Source: a virus (lineage: Duplodnaviria > Caudoviricetes). Taken from it: 64,000 bases of DNA. Every line of letters begins with the position of its first letter. Position 1 is the first letter of the stretch. The notes below the pieces were generated by a model. That model saw only the letters and a list, made by a program, of their open reading frames with translations. It ran no database searches and was not told the DNA's origin. The translations under genes and the position numbers were made by a program. Below, piece after piece: positions 45,062 through 55,147 of the stretch. The stretch lies in the IMG/VR virus record IMGVR_UViG_3300042508_000526. One strand, given 5' to 3'.

Positions 45062-45523
45062 TTAAGATTGCCCTGCTTTGATAAATGAGTTTACACCATC
45101 CTTGAGGAACGAGAACACACTTACACCTGATTTACCGTGACCGTCTAGGCGGCCGTGCATAAAACAGGCACAACGCACATAACTTGCATGCCGTGTACGC
45201 CACGCTCGCTCTTCGGCCGCCATAAAATCTGCCTGCCACTTCATAGCAACCAGATCCCCCGTCGTGCCGCCTTGTTTTCCCGGTCCGGCTAAAATTGACT
45301 CCGAGTACAGCTGGTTAATTGCGTCGCGATTCCACGACGGCTCGTGCAGGCCGGGAACATCTAGCAGGTCATAACTTTTCATTTCTTCTGGCGTGTGCCA
45401 CGGGCGCTTGGCAGTGTTCCGAAACGATTCGGACATTTTTTGCGCTTTTTGTTCAAGCTCGTTAATTCGAGCGACGAACTTGCCGTCTAACTGCCCTTTA
45501 GATGTGCCAGTGCCGGGTGCCAT
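45062..45523 (-). CDS. Hypothetical protein
   Basis: 153 aa, AAGGAG RBS. Confidence 0.7.
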   Translation of the reverse strand: MAPGTGTSKGQLDGKFVARINELEQKAQKMSESFRNTAKRPWHTPEEMKSYDLLDVPGLHEPSWNRDAINQLYSESILAGPGKQGGTTGDLVAMKWQADFMAAEERAWRTRHASYVRCACFMHGRLDGHGKSGVSVFSFLKDGVNSFIKAGQS

Positions 45524-45533
45524 TGGTTACTCC

Positions 45534-46355
45534 TTAAAATCCGCCATACGTGTACTTTTTATCGAGCAATGCCTGTATCTTTGCGGCGCGCTGACTGACT
45601 GCGCCGGGCGTTATGTTTAACCGGCGCGCAATGTCTTGCGTGCTGGCTTTTCTACGCCCATTACGCCCAAGAGTCATATCGGCAATCAGCTTGTCGACAG
45701 GGCTGAGGTCGTCGTACACGAAGTTAAACCACGCGTCGTCCGCGCGTGTACTGCCCGGAATCATACTCGCGGTGTCGCCGCCGTAATTTTCTTCTGGGCC
45801 CACGTCGCGGGTAGTCATACCCTCCGCTACTGGCTGATTGAACGCGCGAACTTTTCTGATGCGCCGAACAGACAAACCTGTTGCATCTGCTAGCTCGTCG
45901 TCAGAAGGATCTCTGCCGAGCTGGTCTCGCAGTTCATTTTCGCTTTCGTTCAATCGTGAGAAATCTAAACTAACCTGCTCAGGAATTGATATGATGTTTT
46001 GCGTTTGCGCCGACACACGACGCAGACTCTGCAACTGCGACAACAAATGAGTGCGTACGTTACCCTTTGCCGGGTCATACGTGTCTAGCGCTTTTAATGC
46101 CATTATTTTTGCCCGCGACTTTATAGTCGGGCTGGCGGCTTGCCCGGCGTAGCTCATAACAGCGGTGTCTATAACCGGCTGTAAGCTTTTGATGACTGCG
46201 CTATTGTTTTGCGGCGTCTTAGCCGTTTGCCACTGCGAATAAACAGTGTCAAAGTCGTCGGCAACGCCCGTAGGCTTTTTGCTGGAAAACGGTGCGGGTA
46301 CGTCACCCAGAATGGACGGCATACCGGTCGGTTGTGGTGATAACTTGTCTGCCAT
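45534..46355 (-). CDS. Sigma-70 family RNA polymerase sigma factor (divergent, group 3-like)
   Basis: Region 2 KALDTYDPAKG, region 3 LGRDPSDDELADATGLS, region 4 LSPVDK...STQDIARRLNITPGAVSQ. Confidence 0.78.
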   Translation of the reverse strand: MADKLSPQPTGMPSILGDVPAPFSSKKPTGVADDFDTVYSQWQTAKTPQNNSAVIKSLQPVIDTAVMSYAGQAASPTIKSRAKIMALKALDTYDPAKGNVRTHLLSQLQSLRRVSAQTQNIISIPEQVSLDFSRLNESENELRDQLGRDPSDDELADATGLSVRRIRKVRAFNQPVAEGMTTRDVGPEENYGGDTASMIPGSTRADDAWFNFVYDDLSPVDKLIADMTLGRNGRRKASTQDIARRLNITPGAVSQRAAKIQALLDKKYTYGGF

Positions 46356-46356
46356 G

Positions 46357-47991
46357 TTATGCCTGCTTCTTTAACGGGCCGCCATGCCACTTTGTGCCTT
46401 CTTTGTATAGCGGCGCAAAATCGTGGCTAATTAATTCGTCTTGGTCTTCCTCTAAGGTCCGAATGTAGCCGAGCGTAAATGACGTGCCGGCAGCAGCGCG
46501 TTCAGCGTTAATCATGTATGTCACTGACGTTACTGCTGCCACCATGTGCCCGTCGGATTCAATCTCTGTTTTCGGTAACTCAATCCGCACGATGCTCCCG
46601 GGCGCGATGTCAAAACGCAACTTGCCGGACATTTCTCCGTAGCGTTGCCCAAGTAGTTCCATCTTGTACCAGTGATGTGCAAACCGTTCCGCGACTTTGT
46701 CGGTCATTTCGTCCGCGGCTTGCGGCGGTGGCAGCCAGTTAGGTGGCGGTTCTTCTTCGCCAGTTTGCGGCGCCAAGCAGTCGCCCGGCTGCTTGCCTTT
46801 AATGCCGGTCGTCGGTCCGGTATAAACGGGCCACGGCGAAATGTTGGCGAGCCACGGCGGAAGGTCTTTAAATATCTTCAACCCCGGCTTGTCGACGCCT
46901 TTTTGCCCCTTGGGATATTCGCCGACCGGGAAAGTAAACGCGTCGATAGTCTGTGTTTCGCCGCCAGTGCCAAGCATTGGATCTGTTTGTGACGGCCAAA
47001 ACACCATAATGCTTTCCATCAACTGGTGCATTGCCGAGTTAAAATTTGCGTAGCTGTATTCATCTGCATATATGGTCTTTGCGCCCGGCGCGCCCTCTTG
47101 CCAACGCAGCCCGCCGAAAAACGGGATCACGCACGCATGCTCGATCGCTGGCGACACTGCAAAGAAAAAAGACGATGCGTATTCGCCGACGAGCTTGCCC
47201 CAGAAAGATGTGTACGCGAACGAATCGAGCGAGTCCTTTGTCAGCGCTGTGCGAATCGACAGCTCGATGTCGTTTGCGTTTAAACCCTCTAGGTCAAGGC
47301 GCAACGGCGTATTAAACGGCGCGCCGTCTGGTATTCGCTTTAACGCTGCCTGTGCAGCTGTATTCGGCCCGTCATTTGGCAGCGGATAATTGGCGATTTT
47401 TTCAAAGATGGGTTTGATTACGTTCCCCCACATATCCTGTTCAATCTTGCCTTTGTTTATGTAATCGCCGTTGATGTCGATAGCCGGAACAGATGACCAT
47501 TGGTCGCCGCCAGCGCCGCCACCCTCGCCGAGTTCGAGGGCGTAGAACGCCGCGTTTGTCGCCATGCTGTACGGCGCGTTTGGAAACCAGTTGCCGTTAA
47601 GCGCTGACGAGTTGTTAAGGTCGTCCAGCCAGTGGATAAGCTGCAGCGTAAAATTGGCATTGTTGCTAGACCGCTGATAACCAATGCCGGCCAGCATGCC
47701 CTCAAATATGATAAACTCGCCGCTCTCCATTTTTTCTGTATTACCGGCAGTCGGCGAAATCGTAAGCGTAACTACGGCTTTGTCGCGCGGCTTCAGCGTT
47801 TTGCGCGCTTTGTGGATTGTGGCTTGTTCTGTTTTGCCGGTATTGGCTTTATGTCCTACGGCAACAAGCAGTGTCGCGGTCGGAATATCGTTTAACGGAA
47901 AAGTAGCCGACATAGACACGACGTCGTTAAACGTGTGCCCGCCAATCACCGCTTTGAGCTTAAAACGTGTATAAACGTAGGGATCAGGCAT
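46357..47991 (-). CDS. Baseplate hub (gp27/gp44-like)
   Basis: Position after tape measure; GKLRFDIAPGSIVRI...VTSVTY...TSFTLGYIR C-terminal barrel. Confidence 0.6.
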   Translation of the reverse strand: MPDPYVYTRFKLKAVIGGHTFNDVVSMSATFPLNDIPTATLLVAVGHKANTGKTEQATIHKARKTLKPRDKAVVTLTISPTAGNTEKMESGEFIIFEGMLAGIGYQRSSNNANFTLQLIHWLDDLNNSSALNGNWFPNAPYSMATNAAFYALELGEGGGAGGDQWSSVPAIDINGDYINKGKIEQDMWGNVIKPIFEKIANYPLPNDGPNTAAQAALKRIPDGAPFNTPLRLDLEGLNANDIELSIRTALTKDSLDSFAYTSFWGKLVGEYASSFFFAVSPAIEHACVIPFFGGLRWQEGAPGAKTIYADEYSYANFNSAMHQLMESIMVFWPSQTDPMLGTGGETQTIDAFTFPVGEYPKGQKGVDKPGLKIFKDLPPWLANISPWPVYTGPTTGIKGKQPGDCLAPQTGEEEPPPNWLPPPQAADEMTDKVAERFAHHWYKMELLGQRYGEMSGKLRFDIAPGSIVRIELPKTEIESDGHMVAAVTSVTYMINAERAAAGTSFTLGYIRTLEEDQDELISHDFAPLYKEGTKWHGGPLKKQA

Positions 47992-48853
47992 TTAAGTTCT
48001 TCCTGACTTCTTCGGCGCGGTAGATATAGGCCATTACAAGCCCGGCTATACGATACGCCGGTAGCGGGTGGTCAAACCATACGTTTTTAAACGTAGCATA
48101 AGGCTCGACGCTGTCTACACCGAACAGCTCTAGAAACACTGGTTCGCCAAGTAACTCTAACGTCGGTAATAGCGTCGTGATCGCGGCCGGCGGATTGGCC
48201 GCAAGCTTTACGTGCCACTTGGCTAGTTTTTCATCGTCGGTAAGTATTGCCGGCGCTTGTCCGTTATTTACGCGTAGCCGTATTTGTGTTTCCGGCAATT
48301 CGATCACCGGAAGATCTTTGAAATAGACCGTGGCGGTAGGCGGATCTCCTGTAAAGTCGTATACAAAGCCGTCTGCGCGAAACACGGGTACGCTGTCTTT
48401 TGTGTCTGTTACTGTCAGCACTAAACTATTTACCGTACTAAGCGATAATATTACGTCATATTCACGTAGTGCTTTTCCACCAGAGTTGCTAACTACAAAC
48501 TCGCCGCTAAAAGATAGGGTGCACGGCGTACCGTAGACTTGCTGAACCGTAACGCTAGGCTGATATTTGAACTCAGTCGATGTTTCTTCTGGCCAGTACG
48601 TCACGCGCGGATCTAATGCGTGCACATAACTAACTAGCTCTGTTTGATGCACATAGCTCAGCAGTTCTCGCACACGCAGATTTAAAAACCGCTGATCGGG
48701 ACGAGAGCCGAACAACACGCCACGAATAACGCGCAGAGTATTCGGCAGCGTTAGCGGTCGAAACGAGTCTGGTATGTACTCGTAGCCAGCGTCCTGTTTG
48801 TTGGCGCTCTGGGCAAAGATATTCAGTAGTAGTGTGCGCGCGTGATTAATCAT
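47984..48853 (-). CDS. Hypothetical tail-tip protein
   Basis: 289 aa coupled between tube initiator and hub. Confidence 0.6.
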   Translation of the reverse strand: MINHARTLLLNIFAQSANKQDAGYEYIPDSFRPLTLPNTLRVIRGVLFGSRPDQRFLNLRVRELLSYVHQTELVSYVHALDPRVTYWPEETSTEFKYQPSVTVQQVYGTPCTLSFSGEFVVSNSGGKALREYDVILSLSTVNSLVLTVTDTKDSVPVFRADGFVYDFTGDPPTATVYFKDLPVIELPETQIRLRVNNGQAPAILTDDEKLAKWHVKLAANPPAAITTLLPTLELLGEPVFLELFGVDSVEPYATFKNVWFDHPLPAYRIAGLVMAYIYRAEEVRKNLNA

Positions 48854-48854
48854 G

Positions 48855-49307
48855 TTAATTTTTTGGCACTATGCTGAAGCGCAACGACCATTGACCAACT
48901 AATGTTGTGGGGTCTTGCATTTCAAGTCGCATGCCGGTTAAAAACGCAAAAAACGTGGCGTCTTGGCAGTCGCCGATCGTAACTGTGAGGTCGCCTCGTT
49001 TTGATATCTTGTTTTCTTGATAGAACGAAAATACTGTGCACAGCTTTGCGGAATCTGCGCCGGGACAGGCTTTCACGAAACCAAGCCCAGAGATCAGCAG
49101 TTCTCCGACGCGATCGCCGAAGGCGTATACGTAAATGAAATCATTTACCGTGTGCAGAAACTGATAGTTGCCGTTTTGCTCCAACACAAAACCGGTCATC
49201 GGGGCTGTGAGCGTGGCTCCGCCGAAACTGATTGAAAACGCAGCTTCGCCCTCGCAGCCGGGGACTTTGGCGATTGCGCCCAAGCACGGACTAAATATTG
49301 TTGGCAT
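48855..49307 (-). CDS. Tail tube initiator-like protein
   Basis: YVYAFGDRVGELLISG resembles the tube fold; follows tape measure; start moved to ATG 49307. Confidence 0.5.
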   Translation of the reverse strand: MPTIFSPCLGAIAKVPGCEGEAAFSISFGGATLTAPMTGFVLEQNGNYQFLHTVNDFIYVYAFGDRVGELLISGLGFVKACPGADSAKLCTVFSFYQENKISKRGDLTVTIGDCQDATFFAFLTGMRLEMQDPTTLVGQWSLRFSIVPKN

Positions 49308-49311
49308 GTGA

Positions 49312-52300
49312 TCACCTACCGTGATATGCGGTGTTACCGGGCGCCATGTCGATCGGCGCGCCACCGTCTGGCGATTCTTCCATTCGCCGGCCAGCCGCCG
49401 CCAGCACAGCTTCAGACAAGCCGCTCAGCGTTAACGTACCGTTAATTGTCATTTCTTTCCCGCCGCTTTGCCCGCCGCCCATTTGCGGATCGCCGCGGTC
49501 GCGGTGATAGTCAAGCTGACGTACGACCTGATCGCTACGCATCAACGTAGATCTTTGCCCGTCTGTAATAGACTCCCGACTTGCCTGTACCGCGTCCATG
49601 CCCTCACGCCGATCTTTGCCTAAAATGTCGTCGCGACGCTTGGTGAGAAAATCTAGTTGTTCTTTGTCTTCGCTGGATAACGTTTTCTCGCTGGTGAACC
49701 AGCCTGACTTTCCGCGCGACTGCACATCCGCAATTTGGCTATCTACTAGGCCCAGCGGGTTGCCAGACTCCAACTCCATTCTGCGCTGGCTTAGATCGCG
49801 ATAGCGAATCTTGTCGGATTCTTCTGAAAATGTCCGTTCGTTAGTAAACCAGCCAGACTTTGCTTTTGTATCGTAAAGCTTGGTCATTTCCTGCGTGATA
49901 GCGTCTAGCTCTCCCGCAGCGGCTGGCATAGACGGCCGCCCGCCGACGTTCTGCGACGAAACACCGCCCGGCGTCTTAGTGCCGACGGCGTCGCGGAGAC
50001 GCGACAGGTTTTGTACGTCCTTTTTGTCCATGCCGAGATACGACTGCGTAATACCGCTCGCGAGCACGCCGTCGATAGCTTCGATTCCCTGCTGTTGCGC
50101 TTCTGGCGTAAATTTGCCGAACAGGTCAACCGCAGCGCTGTCTGGAATTGTAAGTAATACTTTGCGTTGCTTTTCGTCCTGCATCGCGCGCTTCATAGCG
50201 GCGCCGCTTTGATCCTTGCCGATCTCATCAACCAGTTTTTTCTGTTCTGCCGTCAGCGACTTTGTTACGCCAAGTTTTTCGTAGTCGTAGGCGGCTTTTC
50301 CTGACGCAGCATCTACGGCCACAGCGTTGAACGCCGCACCTTCTGTATCTGCACCACGAGCCTCAGCCGCTTGCTTTGTCGCGTCGTACACCGCGTTCAT
50401 GCGGCGTGTAACAGTTTCTTTATCGGTACCGAACGCGGCGCCAAAGTGCGACTCAGCCATTTCTTTGGCGCGGGCCGGTACCATTCCTTTGCGCTCAAAG
50501 TGTTTTGTAAATTCTTCGGTTGTGCGGCGCTTCATGTAGTCCGCGCGCTCTTCAGGCGACATATTTGTCGTGCCGCCCATTTCGTTAACGGTGATGCCGG
50601 CAACAGTCTCACTGGCGCGGCGCACAAACTCTTTGCGCTGCACTTCTTTTTGTTGCGGATCTAAACCAGACGGCTGCAGCCGATCAAACGCTTTACTGTC
50701 TAGTCCTTTTTCAATTTGCGGCGCGAGACGATCACGTATCTCGCGTGTAAGTTCGTTTGCTTTGGCGGTAGACCGGTCTTGCGCCGACTCTACTGCCGCC
50801 GGTGACTGGCCTAACCCCGCGGCGTCTAAACCGCCCATGGCACTAGATGCGCGTAACGCACGCGCAATGCCGCGGGCGCGATCCTGATCTTCATCGCTCA
50901 GGCCGCTGCCAAATAAACCACGCTGCATACTTTTTTCAAATGTCGTGGTGTCATCGTTGATCGCGGATTTTGCAAACGCCTCCACCTGCTTTGGGTCTGC
51001 ATCAGCGCCAAGTATTTCTTGCGCCATAGCGCGCGCACCCGCCATAACGTCTTCTTTTTTGCCGGTGTTAAACGCTTTGAACATGATCGCAGCGCGCTTC
51101 TTTGTCGCTTCGCTTTTGGCTTTTTCGGCTTCTGTGTTGCCCTTAGCTGTTTCGCCCGACCGCATCATGGCGCGCTGACCTAGGCTGGCTGTTTCTTCTT
51201 CAGTTAGCTGCTGATCAGGTTTGAAGCCCGCCAGTTGCTTCAATGTCTTAGCCGCGGCGCCGTTAGGATCTTGCGCGGCTTGTTCTGTTAATTTATTAAT
51301 TTCTTCGGGCGTGGTTGTAGCGCCGCGGTCCATCTTGGCGACAGCAACTAAACCTTCTTGCATGTCCGGCGCATACTTCTGCAGAATGCTGTCTTCGGAT
51401 ACCACATTAAATACGCGCTTTAACGCGTCACTAGTCTGCCCCGCGTTACCAGAGCCGAGATTTTCTAGCTCATCGCCCACGCGCTGCAAAATAGTCGACT
51501 CGTGCCCCATGGTTGAGTCTTTTAGGCGTTCTGCCCGGCGCTCGTTTACTGTGCGTTGCGTATCGGCGTTGTCGATCGCGCGCTGATTGTACATCTGCTT
51601 ATTCGCCTCAATGCTGACGTTTGTACGATCAGCAGAGACTGCGCTTACTTCGGCGTATGTGGCAGCAAGGTTGGACTTCCGTTCTTTGGCGTCGCCGCCG
51701 TACATGGCCTCGAAATACTTCTCGGCTTCGGCCGATGCGGCTTTCGCGCTCATGCCGCCGCCACGGGCACTGCGGAAGTATTTTGTTAACTCTTCTTTGC
51801 CGCGCTTTTCCATGTGGGCTAGCCGCTGCTCAGACGTCATGTCCGCGGTTTCGTCCATGATGATGCCGGTCATCGCATAGCTGAAGCCCTTAGATAGATC
51901 GTCTTTTCGCTGCTGGAAGTCTTTGTCCGACATGCCAGACGGGCGCAGCTTCTCAAATTCTGCCGACGACATCTTGTCTCGGATTGCGCCTTCGTTTGCG
52001 CGCGAGAAATTACGCTGCAGCTCGTAACGTTGCGATTTGTACGCGTAACCTTCGTTTAAATATTCTTCTGTTCCGATTTTGTCGCGGGTGTACGCATACA
52101 GCGTACGATTATCCGCGCCAGACTCGCGCGCAAGGCTGTAGACGCCAGCTACACCTTGTCGGCCTGCTAGCTCCGCCAAGTTGGTCGTCTGACCATCGTG
52201 CGAAAACGTCGTCTGCCCTGCCCGGTAAGCTTTTACAGCGGCCTCAAGCTTTGTGCCTTTATACTTTTCCGGATCTTCCGAAACGAGGCGGTTCAACACG

Positions 52301-53760
52301 GCGAGCGATCGACCGACCGACGACGCGTCACCGCGCAAGCTCATTTGACGTTGCCGCTGCTCAGCTTCTCCGCGCTGCAGCTTGCCGAAACCAGACTTTT
52401 CAAAAACGCCGGCGTCGGACATTGCCTGCCCATGGATAAGCCGACCGGCCATGCCTTGTTCGACAGTGGCTTCTTGTAAGCCCAGTTGCCTACCAGTGGC
52501 TTTGTCCTCGTACATCATCGTCGTCAGAGCACTGAGATCAGTGTTTGTGTCCCGGGCTGCTAGGCGCATCTGCCGCACCATGCCCTCGACCTTGCCCTGC
52601 GAAAAGCTGCCCTGCGAGCCGTTAGTTAACTGCTGCAGGCTGCCCATTAACGCTTGAATTGGCGCGTTTGACTGTCCGTTGTCGCCGAAGATTTCACGAA
52701 TAGCCGCAATGGCGCCGTTGTACTCTTTGATAGCTTTAGACGTACGCTGCGCGTCTACCGCGCCGGCGGCACCGCCGAAACCAGTAAGTTGCTCAATCTC
52801 TTCCGCTGACTTTGCGCCAGCAGCTCCGGTCGAGAACTTGTCAATTTCAGAGAACGTCGCGTCAAGCTTGCCGCGGTATTCTTTGTGCTTGTCCGACCGC
52901 ATTATTTTTTGTTCTTCAGCGGTGGCGTTCGCGTAGTCGTAGTCGCGCTCCATAAGATCAGAATGCGCGAACTGCTCCGTCAACCGGTCCATCGACTTGT
53001 CGTCTCGTTGCGCTTTGCTAATAGTGCGCACCCGATCTGCCGCCGACATGGCGCCAAGGCTTTGCGGTAACTTGCCTTTCTGGAACAGATCCTCCATCAT
53101 CTCGCCCGCAGCCACGGCGCCGAAACCGTGCATCTCGTTTATGTTGGCGTCCGGGCCGTACAGGTTCTGATAGACGTTTTGCGAAAAACTCTCCAGAGAC
53201 CGCTCCGACATCTGTCGCCCGCCGCCAGCCGAGTCCGGGCGGAAAAAGCCGATACGGTTAGATGCGGCGGCAATAGCCGTCGGATCACCACGGCGGCCGA
53301 ACATTATCCCCTCTAAGTTTTCTGCGCCGATTTGACTGGCGGCAAAAGACTTAAAGATCGGATTGTTAAGTACCTGCGCTCCGATTTGTGCCTGCTCTCG
53401 GTCAAGCTGTGTCGGGGGTTTTCCGCCTGTTGCGATAGCCTGCGCGCCCAGCAGCTTCGTGGCTACCTGTTCGTTGCCGGCCATGTTCGCGGCCTGTATG
53501 GCTCGCGCGCCCTGCTGCTGGTAGCGAGAAGCAGCGTACTGGTCTGCCAGCGCCTGTCCGGGCATCTGGTGCGCTAAAAACGCGTCTGGGCCGGCTGCGC
53601 CCTTTACAAGCATCGGGCCGTACATATTGGCCAGATAGCCAAACGCGTCGTCTACGTTATTGGCGTTTTGGAACGGCGAGTAAACCGGCGGCGCGTATCG
53701 GTATGCCCGATCGGTTTGGTTTTGCGCATATCCGGTATTGTTAAAATCTATGCCGTTCAT
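49312..53760 (-). CDS. Tape measure protein
   Basis: About 1480 aa, Ala/Gln/Glu-rich helical, after the chaperone pair. Confidence 0.8.
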   Translation of the reverse strand: MNGIDFNNTGYAQNQTDRAYRYAPPVYSPFQNANNVDDAFGYLANMYGPMLVKGAAGPDAFLAHQMPGQALADQYAASRYQQQGARAIQAANMAGNEQVATKLLGAQAIATGGKPPTQLDREQAQIGAQVLNNPIFKSFAASQIGAENLEGIMFGRRGDPTAIAAASNRIGFFRPDSAGGGRQMSERSLESFSQNVYQNLYGPDANINEMHGFGAVAAGEMMEDLFQKGKLPQSLGAMSAADRVRTISKAQRDDKSMDRLTEQFAHSDLMERDYDYANATAEEQKIMRSDKHKEYRGKLDATFSEIDKFSTGAAGAKSAEEIEQLTGFGGAAGAVDAQRTSKAIKEYNGAIAAIREIFGDNGQSNAPIQALMGSLQQLTNGSQGSFSQGKVEGMVRQMRLAARDTNTDLSALTTMMYEDKATGRQLGLQEATVEQGMAGRLIHGQAMSDAGVFEKSGFGKLQRGEAEQRQRQMSLRGDASSVGRSLAVLNRLVSEDPEKYKGTKLEAAVKAYRAGQTTFSHDGQTTNLAELAGRQGVAGVYSLARESGADNRTLYAYTRDKIGTEEYLNEGYAYKSQRYELQRNFSRANEGAIRDKMSSAEFEKLRPSGMSDKDFQQRKDDLSKGFSYAMTGIIMDETADMTSEQRLAHMEKRGKEELTKYFRSARGGGMSAKAASAEAEKYFEAMYGGDAKERKSNLAATYAEVSAVSADRTNVSIEANKQMYNQRAIDNADTQRTVNERRAERLKDSTMGHESTILQRVGDELENLGSGNAGQTSDALKRVFNVVSEDSILQKYAPDMQEGLVAVAKMDRGATTTPEEINKLTEQAAQDPNGAAAKTLKQLAGFKPDQQLTEEETASLGQRAMMRSGETAKGNTEAEKAKSEATKKRAAIMFKAFNTGKKEDVMAGARAMAQEILGADADPKQVEAFAKSAINDDTTTFEKSMQRGLFGSGLSDEDQDRARGIARALRASSAMGGLDAAGLGQSPAAVESAQDRSTAKANELTREIRDRLAPQIEKGLDSKAFDRLQPSGLDPQQKEVQRKEFVRRASETVAGITVNEMGGTTNMSPEERADYMKRRTTEEFTKHFERKGMVPARAKEMAESHFGAAFGTDKETVTRRMNAVYDATKQAAEARGADTEGAAFNAVAVDAASGKAAYDYEKLGVTKSLTAEQKKLVDEIGKDQSGAAMKRAMQDEKQRKVLLTIPDSAAVDLFGKFTPEAQQQGIEAIDGVLASGITQSYLGMDKKDVQNLSRLRDAVGTKTPGGVSSQNVGGRPSMPAAAGELDAITQEMTKLYDTKAKSGWFTNERTFSEESDKIRYRDLSQRRMELESGNPLGLVDSQIADVQSRGKSGWFTSEKTLSSEDKEQLDFLTKRRDDILGKDRREGMDAVQASRESITDGQRSTLMRSDQVVRQLDYHRDRGDPQMGGGQSGGKEMTINGTLTLSGLSEAVLAAAGRRMEESPDGGAPIDMAPGNTAYHGR

Positions 53761-53768
53761 GCGCCGCC

Positions 53769-54158
53769 TCAACCGGTTTTATTCTGCATCGTTTGTTTAT
53801 AGCGCTCAATTAATGATTGTGTTTCGCTATCAACTATTGTATCTTTTTGCGGGCCTTCTTCGGCCTTTTTCGCCTCAAGCCATGGAAATGTTGTTTTTTG
53901 GATTACGCCCATGACCTCGTTGGCGTGCTTTTTAACTGCTTTGAAGCTCTCTTCCGTTAAATTGCCGTGCGACAACAGCGCGAGCCAGTGCCGGTGAGCA
54001 ATTGTCAGGAGTTCGTAATCTTCGCGTCGTTCTACCTCGTCTAGAAGTAACCGGTGCTTTAATCGCCAGTGTCTGTCTCGGGGATCGGCTCCGGCGTAGT
54101 TAATTGCGCCGGACACAGCAGCCCGCACCATTAAGGCCGCTATTCGATCCCTTCCCAA
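53769..54158 (-). CDS. Tail assembly chaperone C-terminal part (T-like ORF)
   Basis: In the -1 frame overlapping the end of the upstream chaperone, just before tape measure. Confidence 0.55.
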   Translation of the reverse strand: MGRDRIAALMVRAAVSGAINYAGADPRDRHWRLKHRLLLDEVERREDYELLTIAHRHWLALLSHGNLTEESFKAVKKHANEVMGVIQKTTFPWLEAKKAEEGPQKDTIVDSETQSLIERYKQTMQNKTG

Positions 54159-55132
54159 AAACTTGGTTCAAGCGCCATGGCCTCCAGCGCCTCTACAAGA
54201 CGCTGAAACTTTCTGAGGTGCATCGACACCAGTCGCCGCGTTACTTCGGCCGACAGGGGCTTTGTGTTGATTGTGTGACGCACGGCGGCCAGCACCGTCT
54301 GCGTCGGCTTGTCTTCCGGCGGCGTAAACGGCACATCTTGGATTTCTGGGTTGGCAAAAATAACTTTTCCGCTGGCGTCAAAGATGGCCTCTAGCGAGCA
54401 CGCCATACGATATTCCGCCATGCGCAAAAACCACTCTGCCTCCGATAAAATCTCCCCCGCGTTCTGGTCAAGTAAAAGCTGCCGCTGCACGAGAAAGTTT
54501 TCGTCGGCAAGCATGCTGCGTAACCGAATGCGCATTCGTCCGCCTGCGATTTCGTAATCTCGCCGGAAACGCTCGCCGCCGAGCAGCGTGGCCAAAAAAT
54601 CTTCTTTGTCGCGATCCGTAGTTTCGACGTCGTATTGCTGCCGCATGTCCCAGCCACATCGCGGGCAAAACGGCAGTACCGGCATAGCCGAGCTGACGCC
54701 AGTGTCCATTCTGTTTTCAATTGTCGGGTCTAGCGGCACGTCTTCTTTCGGCTCTTCTTTTACTTCCTCTTTTGCGGCCTGCTCACGGTCGTCGACGATT
54801 TGCGGCGCGTCTTCGGCCATCATTTTTTCGTAAGCTTCTCGCACACTTGGCGACATGTTTTCCGTCGCTTTGTCGATCTCCGCGGCCTTCTCTTTCTTGT
54901 TTAAAACATCCTTGGCTTTTTTAAGTAACTGCGCGACGGCCTCAACGTCCGCTTCTGTCATCGATTCCTTGTCGATAAGCACGTCTGTCCGCACCGTCGC
55001 CGGCATACGATCTTTGATCTTTATCATTAGATCGCCAAGGTCTGCTGGAATCGGATCGTTCGCCTTCCAGCCAAACTGCTCAAGCGTTTTCTTTGTAAAG
55101 TCAGAGACGTACGGGTTCTCAACCAGATCCAT
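54140..55132 (-). CDS. Tail assembly chaperone (G-like), with CPRC motif
   Basis: Position before tape measure; acidic; AAGGAG RBS. Confidence 0.55.
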   Translation of the reverse strand: MDLVENPYVSDFTKKTLEQFGWKANDPIPADLGDLMIKIKDRMPATVRTDVLIDKESMTEADVEAVAQLLKKAKDVLNKKEKAAEIDKATENMSPSVREAYEKMMAEDAPQIVDDREQAAKEEVKEEPKEDVPLDPTIENRMDTGVSSAMPVLPFCPRCGWDMRQQYDVETTDRDKEDFLATLLGGERFRRDYEIAGGRMRIRLRSMLADENFLVQRQLLLDQNAGEILSEAEWFLRMAEYRMACSLEAIFDASGKVIFANPEIQDVPFTPPEDKPTQTVLAAVRHTINTKPLSAEVTRRLVSMHLRKFQRLVEALEAMALEPSFWEGIE

Positions 55133-55147
55133 AAATAGCTCCTTCGG

